From NCBI RefSeq assembly GCF_002105155.1, contig NW_019029006.1, positions 310,001 through 374,000 of the forward strand: a stretch of DNA of 64,000 nt. The letters run 5' to 3'. The position numbers were made by a program, and so were the translations under genes. The DNA is from Lobosporangium transversale (taxonomy: Eukaryota). Of the stretch, positions 12,475 to 25,511 are shown piece by piece; the first letter of the stretch is position 1, and each line of letters opens with the position of its first letter. The notes below the pieces were generated by a model that did no database searches, was not told the DNA's origin, and worked only from the letters and a program-made list of their open reading frames with translations.

Positions 12475-15198
12475 TTAATGCAACACTCCTTGTCGATCTT
12501 CTTGCTGCTGTGGTTGTTGGGGCTTCTTCTGAAGATGCTGTTGTAGTTTCTCATCCTTGGTCTGAGCAGCACAACCGCCGATTAGGACCCTATTCAAGAC
12601 AATGCGAGGCGGTCTCATATGCTGTGGAATCGCTCGACTCTTTTCATTCGAGAGGGAAGTCAAGTGTGAAGAATCCGATTCTCCACTAGAGTTCGTTCTT
12701 GACGTAGATGCAGACGAAGCAGAATGCGATCGTGAACGGCTTAATATCAAATTCAGTGGCAGTCCAGTTGCAGTGGTAGCGCTATTAAAACCTAGACTTG
12801 GATTGGATGACTCCAGTGGGCTATTTACTAAAATATCTGATCTTGACTTTGGTAGACTAAAATAGAGATCACCGTACTCGGAGCGAAGAAGCTCCTCAGC
12901 CGAGACAGCCTGGGCACATCTCTGTTTCAAATCAAAAGACAATATATCATCCTTGCTTTCGTTAAGGTTTCCAGAGTCTGTAATAGAACAAGATGAAGAC
13001 GCATTAGAGGAAGGGGTGGAAGAGGCATCAGATCCAACCAGAGATGTCACGAGCGGATTCAGGACGGATATCATGCCCAATGAAGAGCGTCTTCGGTAAG
13101 CGGTCAGGTTGGGCGAGGAGAAGGACATGCGGAAGGAGCCTGTACGAGCAGGGGCTGCGGAAACTGGAGAACCCGGTGCGAACATGGAGTCTGTGATTGA
13201 CATCAAGTCTTTAGATGTTGATTCAAGGTCAGCTATAAAAGATCGGCGACGGATTGCTTTAAGATGTTCATCCATGCTTTGCTCAGCAGTTTCAGCTTCT
13301 GCAAGACTACTAGGATAATATGATAGTGATCTGCCTCCAGATGAGTTTGAGCCAGAGAAGCTGGATGTCGGTTGATGGCTTCTGGTGCTGCCAGATGTCA
13401 CTGGAAGATCAAACGCAGGCGATCCATGGGGTGAAGACGCTACAGACCCTGTAATCGTAACCGACGCCATTGTGCTACCATTAGCATTCATATTGTTAAA
13501 GGCTGCGATGTGTCCCATCGAGACTGAACGTGAAGCATTGTTAAGGACTCTCATAGTCCCAGCTCCCAAGTAGCCCATTTCGCCACGCGACAGTGGTGTT
13601 GTCGGGGTTGTGGAGCCAGGGGACAATGACTTGCTGCTATTTATTGGCCTATTCCAGGAAAGTCCGCGTCCACCTATTATGTCACACGAGCCCGAGTGGA
13701 TCAAAGGTGTGCCTCGATTGCAATATCCGCCATGGATGTTGCTATTACTGTCATTGAAGATTCTAGCGTGGTCGCGGAGCCGGACACTGCTAATACTGTT
13801 CCTGCGCGCCCGCCCAACATGCCCGGCATCTGAGGGAGAAATACCTGGCTCAAGGCTGCACACATGGTTGATATTGCTGAGACTAGTACTGTACACATGA
13901 TGTTTGATATGCCCGATAGAGCTATTGTAGCCAGTAGCTTCCCTCATTGAGTCTCCAGGGATGGCTCTAGTCGCAGTAGCCGTGTCGCTTGGATTCATCT
14001 TCATGGCAATTATATCATCATCGCTACTATCCTGACTATTGTTGCTGCCGCTGCTATTGCTATTGTATTGGTTATTCTCAGTTTGAGTGAGCGAAAGATC
14101 GATACCATCTATGATACTTTCCCCATATATACCGATGCCCAAGCCCAAAGTACTCTCTGTTGATGTTCCAGAGGCTATGCTCTGTCGAGTCTTGTTTTTT
14201 GTTGATAGAGGCGATGGTGATGCGCGAGCCTGCGACGCCTGGTACTTTTGACTCGGATTTAATTGACAGGCAGACTGGGTTTTTTCTGATGGGTTTACTA
14301 TGTCTTGACTCAGACTAGATCCTTCTCTCATCCTTCCCACGTTGTTGCGATCATCCGGCATTGATATCCAGATATCGCCCTGTTGTCCTTGTTCTATTTT
14401 ATCATGCCCACTTGGCATTACTATAGTCTGCTTATAGCGACGAACCTGATAGAGCCACCAACCGAACCAAGCTGTCCACATAAATCCCACTAAAAATGTT
14501 GAAGCGATGGCACCTTTGGCTGTAGAGCAGGGGAACTGGAAGGCAACCGGAGGCCCTTTGCATTTGTATGCATTTTGAAACTTGTACCATTGCATGGATG
14601 CAGCTAAAAAACACAAAGCAGCCACTCCGGTTTGGATCCAGAGACGCGGTTTGTCGGCTATCAAGAATACAGCGCTAGATACAGTCCATTTGTAAGCCTT
14701 GGGCTGTTGCTGTGCCTTCAAGTCAGCTCCATCAGAGGTAGGAAGACGCGCTTGCATACACTTTCGAAATTGCTCCATACCAGCCGGCGTTCGCCCCCAC
14801 CATCCCAACCGAGCGTAAATACTCGCAGTTACAAATGAGAGATCCATGACCAGGAATAGGAAAAAGGCAGTGGCAGGGGTATATTTATGATTAGATTCAA
14901 AAAGTGCAATGGATATGGCGGACCCAAATGCGTACGCGCTTACCACCACTATACTTCCATGCACTACCAAATCAGCAGCTCGGTTTATACACAACAAACC
15001 ATCAACCCCTCGATAAAGTTCATTATTATTTTCTTGAGCATTTTCGCTTTGCAGCCGTCCCTGTTGTTGGTGTTGAAGTGGAATCTGCAAATGACGCTGT
15101 TGATGATGGAGATACTGTGGATGTAATGTGGGCATTGGACCTGATAAACATTTCTCCGAATGTGAAGAAATATGCTCGTACTGAGGATCAGTAGACAT
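12475..15198 (-). CDS. Uncharacterised 907-aa membrane protein: about 4 TM helices (MARVEL-like) plus long Ser-rich tail
   Basis: Single uninterrupted ORF with four hydrophobic segments in aa ~78-250, a Cys-Cys loop before the last helix, and a low-complexity tail containing RRxS motifs. Confidence 0.75.
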   Translation of the reverse strand: MSTDPQYEHISSHSEKCLSGPMPTLHPQYLHHQQRHLQIPLQHQQQGRLQSENAQENNNELYRGVDGLLCINRAADLVVHGSIVVVSAYAFGSAISIALFESNHKYTPATAFFLFLVMDLSFVTASIYARLGWWGRTPAGMEQFRKCMQARLPTSDGADLKAQQQPKAYKWTVSSAVFLIADKPRLWIQTGVAALCFLAASMQWYKFQNAYKCKGPPVAFQFPCSTAKGAIASTFLVGFMWTAWFGWWLYQVRRYKQTIVMPSGHDKIEQGQQGDIWISMPDDRNNVGRMREGSSLSQDIVNPSEKTQSACQLNPSQKYQASQARASPSPLSTKNKTRQSIASGTSTESTLGLGIGIYGESIIDGIDLSLTQTENNQYNSNSSGSNNSQDSSDDDIIAMKMNPSDTATATRAIPGDSMREATGYNSSIGHIKHHVYSTSLSNINHVCSLEPGISPSDAGHVGRARRNSISSVRLRDHARIFNDSNSNIHGGYCNRGTPLIHSGSCDIIGGRGLSWNRPINSSKSLSPGSTTPTTPLSRGEMGYLGAGTMRVLNNASRSVSMGHIAAFNNMNANGSTMASVTITGSVASSPHGSPAFDLPVTSGSTRSHQPTSSFSGSNSSGGRSLSYYPSSLAEAETAEQSMDEHLKAIRRRSFIADLESTSKDLMSITDSMFAPGSPVSAAPARTGSFRMSFSSPNLTAYRRRSSLGMISVLNPLVTSLVGSDASSTPSSNASSSCSITDSGNLNESKDDILSFDLKQRCAQAVSAEELLRSEYGDLYFSLPKSRSDILVNSPLESSNPSLGFNSATTATGLPLNLILSRSRSHSASSASTSRTNSSGESDSSHLTSLSNEKSRAIPQHMRPPRIVLNRVLIGGCAAQTKDEKLQQHLQKKPQQPQQQEDRQGVLH

Positions 15199-16035
15199 TC
15201 CTCAGAAGCTAAGGTAGTACAAAAATAGATGCGGCTAAGTTGATTCACCAGAACACGTAACGACAAAAGCCAAAAATGTTAGAGTCAATACAACTCTCGT
15301 AATCAAGATATTTTTAATGCATAGACCATTGACGCTGGAATATTTCGGTCATCCCACGTTCGAGACTACAATTACAGAGGAGCACTCACCAGGGCTGTAG
15401 TTAAGAAGGATGATAGGTAAAAGAGGGTATGATTAAAGACAATGCACTTCAGAACTGCAAGACGTTGGGTGTAGAAAAGGCTATGTAGTAATGGGGAGAA
15501 TTAATGCCATAAAGCAAATATGGAAGAAAGAAAAAGAAAGAAAAGGGCAAGTCAATGCAATTCTTCAAGGCCTTCCTCTTGTCGTCCGTCACTTTCTATC
15601 CACCATCTATCTATCCATTTAAGCACGTTGTTACTATCCTACAGACAGTCCAACATAGATATTATTCTTTGTCGCTGCAGGGAAGGGGTACTAGAAGAGG
15701 GCAATATCTAACCCTATCATTAATTTAGATTCTGGCTAGCCTCATTTTCAAAGCGTAACATAATAATTTGTGATCGAGGCAAATGCGTTTAGAGGGCAAA
15801 ATATTTTGTTAGTTCTAGCCGAGATTATATGCATTAACAGACAAACGATATTCCGTTTCTTTCTGTTTTGTTTTATGTGCAGTATAGGCGCTTGATTGTA
15901 GGAGATAAAGAGATGAGGAGAGAAAAGCAAGCATGCCTTTGCGCGATAACGCATCTGAATGACGAGTCGGGCATTTTATATTATCACTGCTACTACGAAA
16001 AATTGCAATCAAAGCATCCTTCTTTTGCAAATCCT

Positions 16036-16101
16036 TTACTGTGGGGGTCTGAAGCCAGGGGGCGGAGGACGGAAGCCTGGTGGAGGCTGGAATCTGTTGT
16101 C

Positions 16102-16146
<45 letters not shown>

Positions 16147-16174
16147 GGAAAGAAATAAATTAGTAAAACTAGAC

Positions 16175-16222
<48 letters not shown>

Positions 16223-17483
16223 AAAGCACATACCCTGGTGGGGGAGGACCTGGAGGGAAGCCTGGTCGGAATCCTGGAGGAGGCGCGCCTGGAGGCATGC
16301 CGGGACGAGGATGGAATCCTGGAGGAGGTACACCTGGCTGACCCATAGGCCTGAATCCGGGAGGAGGAACCATACCTGGGGGCATGGGAGGAGGGACCAT
16401 GCCAGGTGGACCAGGACGAAACCCTGCTGGGGGCATGCCAGGAGGTGGAACACCCCCAGGAGGGACGCCGCGGCCATATGACATCGGTGGTGCTGAAGCA
16501 GCAGGCCCACGGGGCGCCATCATTCCAGGGGCAGGTCCACCAACGCCACGAACAGGTCCAGTCAATCCTGGAACAGCACCTGGGACAACAGGCATACCAC
16601 GACCAGCAGGGGCCGCCACACCCGAACCGGCCGATAACTATATATTACAATGGATGATAGAGCATAGGGATATTAGATTACTCTAATAGCACAGACAACA
16701 TGGATATTTGTGAATATGATTCGCAGTGATATAATTATTTGATCCGATATCCTTACTTGGGAGATGCGTGCTTTCTGGTCCTCAAGACTTGGTGGTGGTG
16801 GTCCATCAACGCTCAAGCTGACAATAGTTTCACCCCGAAGGATCACCAAGCCTAGTGTTCTCTTTTCTTCGCGCTCTGGTTGCCCAGAAGCTGTTTTTGC
16901 GCCACTCTTTGATTTGACCTTTCTAAACTCTTCACAATCCGCCAAAACCAAGTTCATGTGTTTATCAAAGGCCAGCATTTGGCCGGTCAACACGCGCGAG
17001 TCCGACATTGTGATCCTGAGCCTGAAATTGATCAGGTTCATCATTTTGGAATTTTTTGAGACCGTCTAATAAGCAGATCGGGTCACAGTAACAGTAAAAA
17101 AGAGAAAAGGGAGAAAAAGTTAATATCTTCAGAGCCATTTTTAAGTAACTCTATCTAGAGATGCATCAACTAGTTGGGTTCGACAGTCGCTCTTAGTAAT
17201 GCAGGATCATGAGGTTATCAAAACACGTATTAAGGATAACATTTAGCCCCAAGACAAATATGTATAGAAAAATTGCGTTGCAATAAAAAAAAGAAAAAAA
17301 AAAAAAAAGAAAAGAAAAAGAGATAAAAGAAAATCCAGAGAATCCAACTAAGGATAGTTTTTACTATGATGTATGCCAACATTCCGCAATTCATTCGTCG
17401 ACACTCTTTTCTAGATTTCTCCTGCCTGAGTGATGATAAAATCCATTGTTCCTGCTTTTGCTCTTTCAAAAGTTGCGTACCAT
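16036..17483 (-). CDS. SMB1: Small nuclear ribonucleoprotein SmB
   Basis: Sm fold ([21 protein letters not shown]...[13 protein letters not shown]) and a Pro/Gly-rich PPPGMRP-type tail. The first exon is ATG only (17483-17481, donor GTACGC). The last exon ends FRPPQ-stop. Confidence 0.93.
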
Positions 17484-17858
17484 GTTGAAGATATATGATG
17501 TGCCACGGCAATCAAATGAAACGATGTCACACGGTCGATGCCAGCCGGATCAGCAGACAGGCGAGATTAATGCAAGTGTGTAAGTATTGACGGTCTCCTT
17601 GGTATAGAGTAAGACAGCAGACAAAGATGTGTGTTGTGTTTGTAAAGACTCAGCACATGGATGCCATTCGCATCCACACGTCTGGTCCGCTATAGTGGCT
17701 TATGGTAACGTGACGTTTATAAACAAGGTAACAATGCACTGCGACTGCACAAATAGGGTTTGGAGAAAGTGATCACTCAGTCTCTGCTCTGTCTCGTCCT
17801 CCATTCCTCGTCTTTACTCCTTGGCACACGTTATCCTTTTCTTGTACACATTGCAGAC

Positions 17859-19258
17859 ATGGCACAGGCATTCAACAGACTTGGAGGAATCTTTCCCAAG
17901 GGCAGTGGAAAAGGTCTTGCTGGAGGCGCCGGCACCTTGATCGCCCTTGGTGCTCTTGGATACGGAATTAATGCCGCTCTTTTCAACGGTACATTTTTCG
18001 CCTCACTTTTATGCTTCAGGAGCCAGAAAAGGCAAAGTTTGCCTTAATATGCTGTTTTGGTTACGTCCAAAGACTCTGTGACACTAACTGTAACTGTTGG
18101 GCCTTACTTTAATAGTTGATGGTGGTCATCGCGCTGTCAAGTACTCCCGTGTCTTTGGTGTTCAGAAGGAGGTTTACAATGAAGGAACTCACTTCGTCAT
18201 TCCCTGGTTCGAGACCCCTATCATTTACGATGTTCGTGCTAAGCCTAGGAATGTTGCCTCGTTGACTGGAACTAAGGGTATGTACAAGTAAATCAGGATA
18301 AAAACAAGATAATTAAACACCATTGGTTTCTATATTTTTTTCCTTCTTCGACAAATATGAATGAAAGAGCTAGACTCGAAAAGAAATAGTTTAGAGATCA
18401 GCGGCATTAGAACTATTTAAATGCATGGCATCTACCTTCTCACATTCTTATACTTTATTCCTTCTCTCCGAGATAGATTTACAAATGGTCAACATTACAG
18501 TTCGTGTGTTATCTAGACCTCGGGTCAACGATTTGGCTGAAATTTACCGCACCTTGGGACAGGATTATGACGAGCGTGTCTTGCCCTCTATCATCAATGA
18601 GGTCTCCAAGTCTGTTGTGGCTCAGTTCAACGCCTCACAACTCATTACCCAGCGTGATCGCGTCTCTCGCTTGGTTCGTGAGAACTTAATTAAACGTGCT
18701 GCTCGTTTCAACATTGTCCTCGATGATGTGTCGATCGTCCACATGGCTTTTTCACCCGAGTTCACCCAAGCTGTCGAAGCCAAGCAGATCGCACAGCAGG
18801 AGGCACAACGTGCTGCTTTCGTTGTCGACCGAGCAATTCAAGAGAAGCAGTCCATCATTGTCAAGGCTGAGGGAGAGGCCCGCTCTGCAGAGCTTATTGG
18901 TGAAGGTAACGGCAGATGACTATGATTTTGGATGCAGGCAATAGTTTGTCAGACCGCGTTTTTCTGACAGCTTTTCTTTACGACGTTTCTATTACAAAAC
19001 AGCCATCAAGAACCAGCCTGGTTTTATTCAGCTTAGGAAAATTGAGGTCGCTAGAGAAATTGCCTCTATTATTTCTCACTCTTCAAACCGTGTTATGCTT
19101 GATGCTGACACTCTTTTGTTAAATGTTTCTGAGACAAAGTAAGTGGATGATCTATCTTTGCTGGCATGCTGCCTTACATGAGGTTTTTTCTGACAACCCT
19201 TTTTATTTTCACTTTTCTTACTGGGGACACTTTTAGGAAGGAAGAGCCCAAGAAATAA
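17859..19258 (+). CDS. PHB2: Prohibitin-2
   Basis: [49 protein letters not shown] and [15 protein letters not shown]. Multi-exon. Confidence 0.95.
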
Positions 19259-20103
19259 ATAGTGGAAGGCGAGATTAGGGAATAAGTTGTTGTAACCACA
19301 TAGCTGTATTAGACACATTAAAAAAGAACAAAAAATGTATAAATGTATATGTTTCAGTGGAACAATCCATTGAAATTCTATCTCCCCTTAAGGAGACCTC
19401 AGCCATATTTGGCTTGCCTTTTTCTAAACTGTTGGAACTCCCTCTTTCACATCAATCAAGCCAACATGGTACATACACCGTCTCTTGGGATTTCAATCCG
19501 CAGTTCAAATCCATCATTCAATTTATCAAATCCATCGATCCATTGATCATTCCAACTATATGCGTCTTAATTCAGACATATTATCATGGAGACAATGACA
19601 GAACCGACTCCCTTACTGCTCATATGGGAATCGAATGTGCAGGATCCGCCATTATCGATCTGTCGTGACAAAATGAACGGAGAATTTCTTCTGAGAAACC
19701 AATACTCGCTCTTTCTGACATGAATATTGTTTGAGAGTTGAGCGATATTGTCATCAAAAAAAAAAAAAAAATGAAGGGCAGAAGAAAAAGTCATCGGATC
19801 TGAGTAAACCTCCATTACCTTCGAGTCGCATCACCAGATCTGCTGTTGATCTCATTTCTAGTAACTACTAGTTCACCTGCTTCCTAATGTCACGCTCCAA
19901 CACTTGAAAATTACAATTGATAATGCGACAATAGGAGTAGGCATCGACTATGACACTACCATCAAGGCAGTCTGTTCATGGAGGATGTAGTAAAGTCAGG
20001 AAAAAAGAACTTCATATTCATATTTTTCCTATCCTTCCTCTTCCCTTCTCCACTATGGACAAGCACCACCCACCATCTATTCCTTGTTTATTTCAGGAAA
20101 CGG

Positions 20104-20823
20104 ATGGTTCGGAGGCGGCTAATTGAGTTGCGGTCTTAATAACTTCGTCTTATTTTGCACTCTCTATATCAATTAGTCCGCTGAAGACCAGACCCAGCAG
20201 AAGAACGTCATGCGCGAGTTGCGCCTTGAGAAGCTCGTTCTCAACATTTGTGTCGGAGAGTCCGGAGACAGACTTACCCGTGCCGCCAAGGTGTTGGAAC
20301 AGTTGACCGGTCAGACCCCAGTCTATTCCAAAGCCCGTTACACCGTCCGTACCTTCGGTATCCGTCGTAACGAAAAGATTGCTGTCCACGTCACTGTCCG
20401 TGGCCCCAAGGCTGAGGAGATCTTGGAGCGTGGTCTCAAGGTCAAGGAATACGAGCTCAAGAAGTCTAACTTCTCTGAGACCGGCAACTTTGGCTTTGGT
20501 ATCCAGGAGCATATCGACTTGGGTATCAAGTACGATCCCTCCATCGGTATTTACGGTATGGACTTCTTCGTCTGCATGAACCGTCCTGGTAACCGTATTA
20601 CTAAGCGTCGCCGCGCCGTTGCCAAGATTGGTCTTAAGCACCGTGTTACCAAGGATGAGACCATGAACTGGTTCAAGCAGCGTTTTGATGGGTAATTTAT
20701 TTTATTTTATTTTTTTTTTTTTTTGCAGCTGATTTGTATAGCGTTATTGTTTGTATTCTAATGTTTGCTATTTATATAAATATCTTGACGCTGCTATTTA
20801 GTATCCTCACCAACCGCAAGTAA
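20104..20823 (+). CDS. RPL11: 60S ribosomal protein L11 (uL5); start exon uncertain
   Basis: [32 protein letters not shown]...[13 protein letters not shown]. The main exon starts at ~20177, probably preceded by an ATG-only exon at 20104. The last exon is 20802-20823. Confidence 0.93.
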
Positions 20824-22766
20824 ATGGTTGATTCAGGATAGTGGACTTGCAACTTGAATAAATGCTTGGAATCACCTTTCTTCACACATACTTGAATCCG
20901 AAAGACTCCGAATTATGTTTTTATTGGTACTTTCTATTTCCATGTTAATGCGTATATTACTTCTACAACAGTTGTCGCTACTTGCATACATATTTTATTT
21001 TATTTTATTTTGACCTTAATGAGTGGTTGGTCATGGTCTGTCTGGTAAAAAGGTGACATTATAAACTCACTTTATGGTCCAGTCGACAGAGAACTGTAGC
21101 ATCATCTTTATATCCATACACCAATTTATATCCGTGACCATGTACGGATGGAGAGAGCCTAGACGGTGTTGTCTATGTCGTCTGATTCCAAATACTATCC
21201 ACCAGTGTTGAAATACACTCTTACCACAGCCCACCAAATAAAGCAAATTGTCAGAGCTATTGATCGGGGTTTGTTCAGCGCTAAGTGGAGCTTCCTGGGC
21301 TGGGTAACTCAAGAAATAGCGCTTTGGGGCTAAGAAGTAAGGGTATATCTCGTTAGAAACAGATTGGCCTTTTTTGACAGGGCCTTAAATAGTAATGGAT
21401 TTGGGCCCTTTTACTCCGAGAACATCGAAGTTGGACGTCTTATATTTCTTGATTCCCAAGTTCGTCAACAGAGTCTGCTGATGAGATTTTGATGGAGAGC
21501 GCGTTTGATGTTGATTCCATCAACTAGAGAGAAAAGTTTCATTTCAATTGATTCATTGTAACCAGAAGGACACACCCGAATCTTGAGGAATTACCAGAAC
21601 AACAAGATAAATTTTACTGAATGTATGGCATGGTGTTTTATCTGTTTCCCAAATATTTGGTCGAAAGATGCATTGAAAGCTATTTGATCAAAGGAAGTTG
21701 ATCACAAAGCATTGTGACATTGGCGATGTTGGTGGCCTTGTACAAGCTGTACAATTATTTCAAAGATCTTCTTTTCAATGGCCTATAACTTGCTCGATTT
21801 CAAATAGAATATCCGTGCCAACATTGCCCATCGTAAGTTTATCATTGGTATTTGGGGTGGCATCGGTTCCGAGGCTTTAAGGAAAAATTCTAAAGTCGAT
21901 ATGGACTTCATACAATCTATGATTTTGACAATGTAACCGAGGGCGGCAGGGAGTTTGGATAATCTTATATCAACATCATTAGGATATATACCCTGTACTC
22001 AAGCTATAATGCAGCTTTATTGTTTATGAGTGATGACAGCGAAGACAATGACAATGCTCTAGCAAAGAGACCATTTTGCCTCTGTCCAACTCTTTGACGT
22101 TGAGGGCATTTAAGAGTGTACATAACATGTTTTCGAATGTTGGATCGGCTTAACTGCTTGAACGAGCTGGAAGTAGCAAGTTTTCCCTGGTGAATGCACA
22201 TAAACATGTGCAGATACTTATGATAGAAGCTCTATCTCTTACTCGTAGAAGGCAATGATGTTAGTAGTAATGAAAAGATGCTGCTGGTACCAACAGATCG
22301 CGTAGGACCAGAGTTTATTTTTGAGCTCGAATAAAAAAAAAAAACCAGTCTCTATTACTCAGAATTATGAACGAATTTCGGCCTCTTTTTCTCGAATAGA
22401 AAATAAAAGATCCCAAGAATAAGTCTGAATGTTAGGAGAGGTTAAGATACGATCTTTCTCTGAAACCAGTCCCATCCCCTCAAATAAAGATTTTTTTTTT
22501 TTCGTTTTGGATTCTCTAAAGCATATTCGTATGTTTTTTTTGGGCGACCTGCTTGCACAGTTTTTGTGCTTGCTTTAGGTCTGCCAATCGGGCAATTCAA
22601 CACTTCTCTTCACAAGACCGTTTTGGTCCATGTGAACGCGAACTTTCTAATTGCTCGAGATCGAAAAAACCTGATACTAATCGCTTGCTGAGCGCAATTT
22701 CAGTGCCTCAGTGAGTTTCATATGCCAGGCACAGTCCCTCGCTTTAATCATGTATTTCCTTAATCA

Positions 22767-24371
22767 TTAAATACCATTATGTATTGCGTCTAGTCTTAAT
22801 ACTGATGCCTTCTCATCCTTAATGGCAAGATACAATGCTTCCAGAAATGTCTCTAGTGAAACCGTGTCAGACTGCGTGGAAATTTAATAAAAAAGTAAAA
22901 AAAATAAAAAATAAAAAAGTTAGATAGTTAGTTAGGGCACTGCATTAGTCGAATGAGAAAACCTTCCTATCTTAATATCTCCTTACAAGACCTACCTGTA
23001 TGTATCCTGCGTGAGCAAGGAAAGGAAGTTTACGAATAGCGCGGCCACTCAACCCTTGTCCCACACTAGCGATTTCGTAGAGCGAATGGGCTATCCGTAG
23101 CCTCTGGCTCAAGTGGCTGTCCTGCATCTGTGAGCTTTCTTGGCGCTGAAAGGTCGCCCAACTCATCAACGATGTCTATGCAGTTGTTTTTGTAAGCATA
23201 TAATTTACCTCACTGACATTGATTGCTTATTGAGTCCATGAATCTTTTTTTTTTTTTTTTTTTTTTTTTTCCCTTACCTTGGGCTCTATGATACCTACAC
23301 GCTGCAATTCCTCGAGAGTCGAATTTAATATGCTGTAAATGACCGCTTGAGTAGGGGGACCAATGTACATTTTGATATCGGCTCGATCAATGAAGGCAAT
23401 ATCTAAGTGCATACAACGTAGAGCATAGTGGTCAAAACAGTTTTTTTTTTTTTTTTTTTTTTTTTTTGCATTACTGGCACGCAATCTACTACTTTAGCTT
23501 CGTCAAATATCAATGCTCCCCTATTACCAATGGCTTCGGTAATATTTGTAGTGGATAGAATTAGGACATTTTTCTGCTTTCTGAGGCGGTCAATTTGAGT
23601 GAGCAGAGCGTTCACAACCTAAGTTCGGTGAAAATATAATATAAGATAGAGATCCTAGTCAGTCTTTATAGGAGACGGTCGCCTATCCCCCAAAATGAAT
23701 AAACAATGCCCAATACCTATGCTGACTATCCTCCATACCCTTATTGAATCTGACGGCTCACTCCCGGATAGCGCAGCTTTTCGCGCAGCAGCTAAGCTTT
23801 CCACCTCATCTATTGAAGATTTGTGAAATATAATATATAGTGTTTCTCTTAGTCTGACGGTTACTGAAAGGGTAGCATTTGCGATCTGCTTTTTCTATCG
23901 TGGAAAACAGTGATAGCGACAGCAATAAACTTACCAATAAGCACACAAACAAAAGCACCATCATCTTCAACTAGTCGCCAGATTTGATTAAACATTCGCT
24001 GAACCATTTTACCACTTTCTGAAAACCATTTACTGAACAGACTATGGCTGTTGATTTCAATCAATTTGCCATACCGATATCTAACAGAATGTCGTTTTTA
24101 TTTATTTATTTAATTTTTTTTTTTTTTTTTCTTTTGTCAATGTCTATTAAACGCCATATATATATATGTATATAAAAAGATAAAAAAAAAAAAAAAAAAA
24201 AAAAATTGGATAGTTTGCATTGTTGGTTACCTTTGTTGGAGTCGGATTGATAACTTTTGAGCGAGACCTCGGCATAGAGATGTCTTTCCAGTACCAGGAG
24301 GCCCATAGAGCAGTACAACCCTAATAAAATAATAATAATAGTAAAATAGTAAATAACGATGGACGACCGAA

Positions 24372-24413
<42 letters not shown>

Positions 24414-24565
24414 AGAGAGAGAGATATCGTTAATATTTTGCCCCGCACCTGTTCCATGAAATGAGTTCAGGATTCACATTCTTGTCTGAAAACAGGAGCG
24501 TCGTCCGGATATAATCCAACAATTTGAGTTGAAGTTGATCTTCAAAAATCAAACTAGGTATCATG

Positions 24566-24598
<33 letters not shown>

Positions 24599-25330
24599 AG
24601 ATATTCCATTTTCTTTTAGAAAAATGAGTGAAAAGTAATTAATTCATACTCCTTGCACTTACCTGTCCCAAACGCCATCAAACTCTTCGCAAGGAAGATC
24701 CCAATGTTGTGCCGTTACTACAGTTTCGCCCGACTCGACACCACCATCGTTCATATTATCATACTCCTCTTCCATGGCTCCATGACTTTGCATTTGGTAG
24801 ACATGAATTTGTAAATTTACTTCCTTCACCACATAAGTCTGATCCTCAGGTTGTTCAACATCATTCAGATTTTGACTGGTTGTAGGGCTAGCGTCTTTTC
24901 CTTCTTGTTCATTCCCTGGTGTTATTCTGGAACCGATCTGTGGCATGTGGGTTGGGGATTGTACCCTTGATCCATATCTAAATCCAGTACACTCTCCGAT
25001 CCAGATTCGTTCCACAAATGTACGAATATACTCGACTTCACTGTCGTGGATATCGCTGATCTCCTCAAAACATGTCAGTGTATTTTTGGTGGTGATCAAG
25101 AAATGCCTGATACACTCACGCATGATGTGATATGGCACCGAACATGATGGGGTTAACCTCACCTCAACTATTAATGGCTCGAAAAAGGAGCAGTGTAGTG
25201 AGTAGAAGAAAAAATAAAATAAAATAAAAAAAAGAGCATTTCAAATCTTTGTCGCTGATATATTTTTATATTTACCATGGAGAATAGGCTTGATTTCATG
25301 CGACATCAGAGGCAATGCCATGTTTGACAT
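22767..25330 (-). CDS. PCH2: Pachytene checkpoint AAA+ ATPase Pch2/TRIP13
   Basis: [75 protein letters not shown] and [16 protein letters not shown]. Confidence 0.93.
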
Positions 25331-25511
25331 TAAATGGATGATGAATGAATCATCTTGACAACTGTCAAATTGATTATGGATAAATTCACCAGATTGAGAG
25401 AGTCACGATTCAATGGATGCCTTTTTTGTAGGTGTTACAGTGTTTTAATGAAATATATACTACTCTAATGGTTGGCTTTGATCGTTAATTGTTTTTTTTT
25501 TTTTTTTTTTT

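Noticed and set aside
19357..19668. 103-aa ORF downstream of PHB2
   Set aside because: Non-ATG start, no motif, and it likely overlaps the 3' UTR.
20150..20641. 163-aa antisense ORF over RPL11
   Set aside because: Shadow ORF expected from the strong codon bias of a highly expressed gene.
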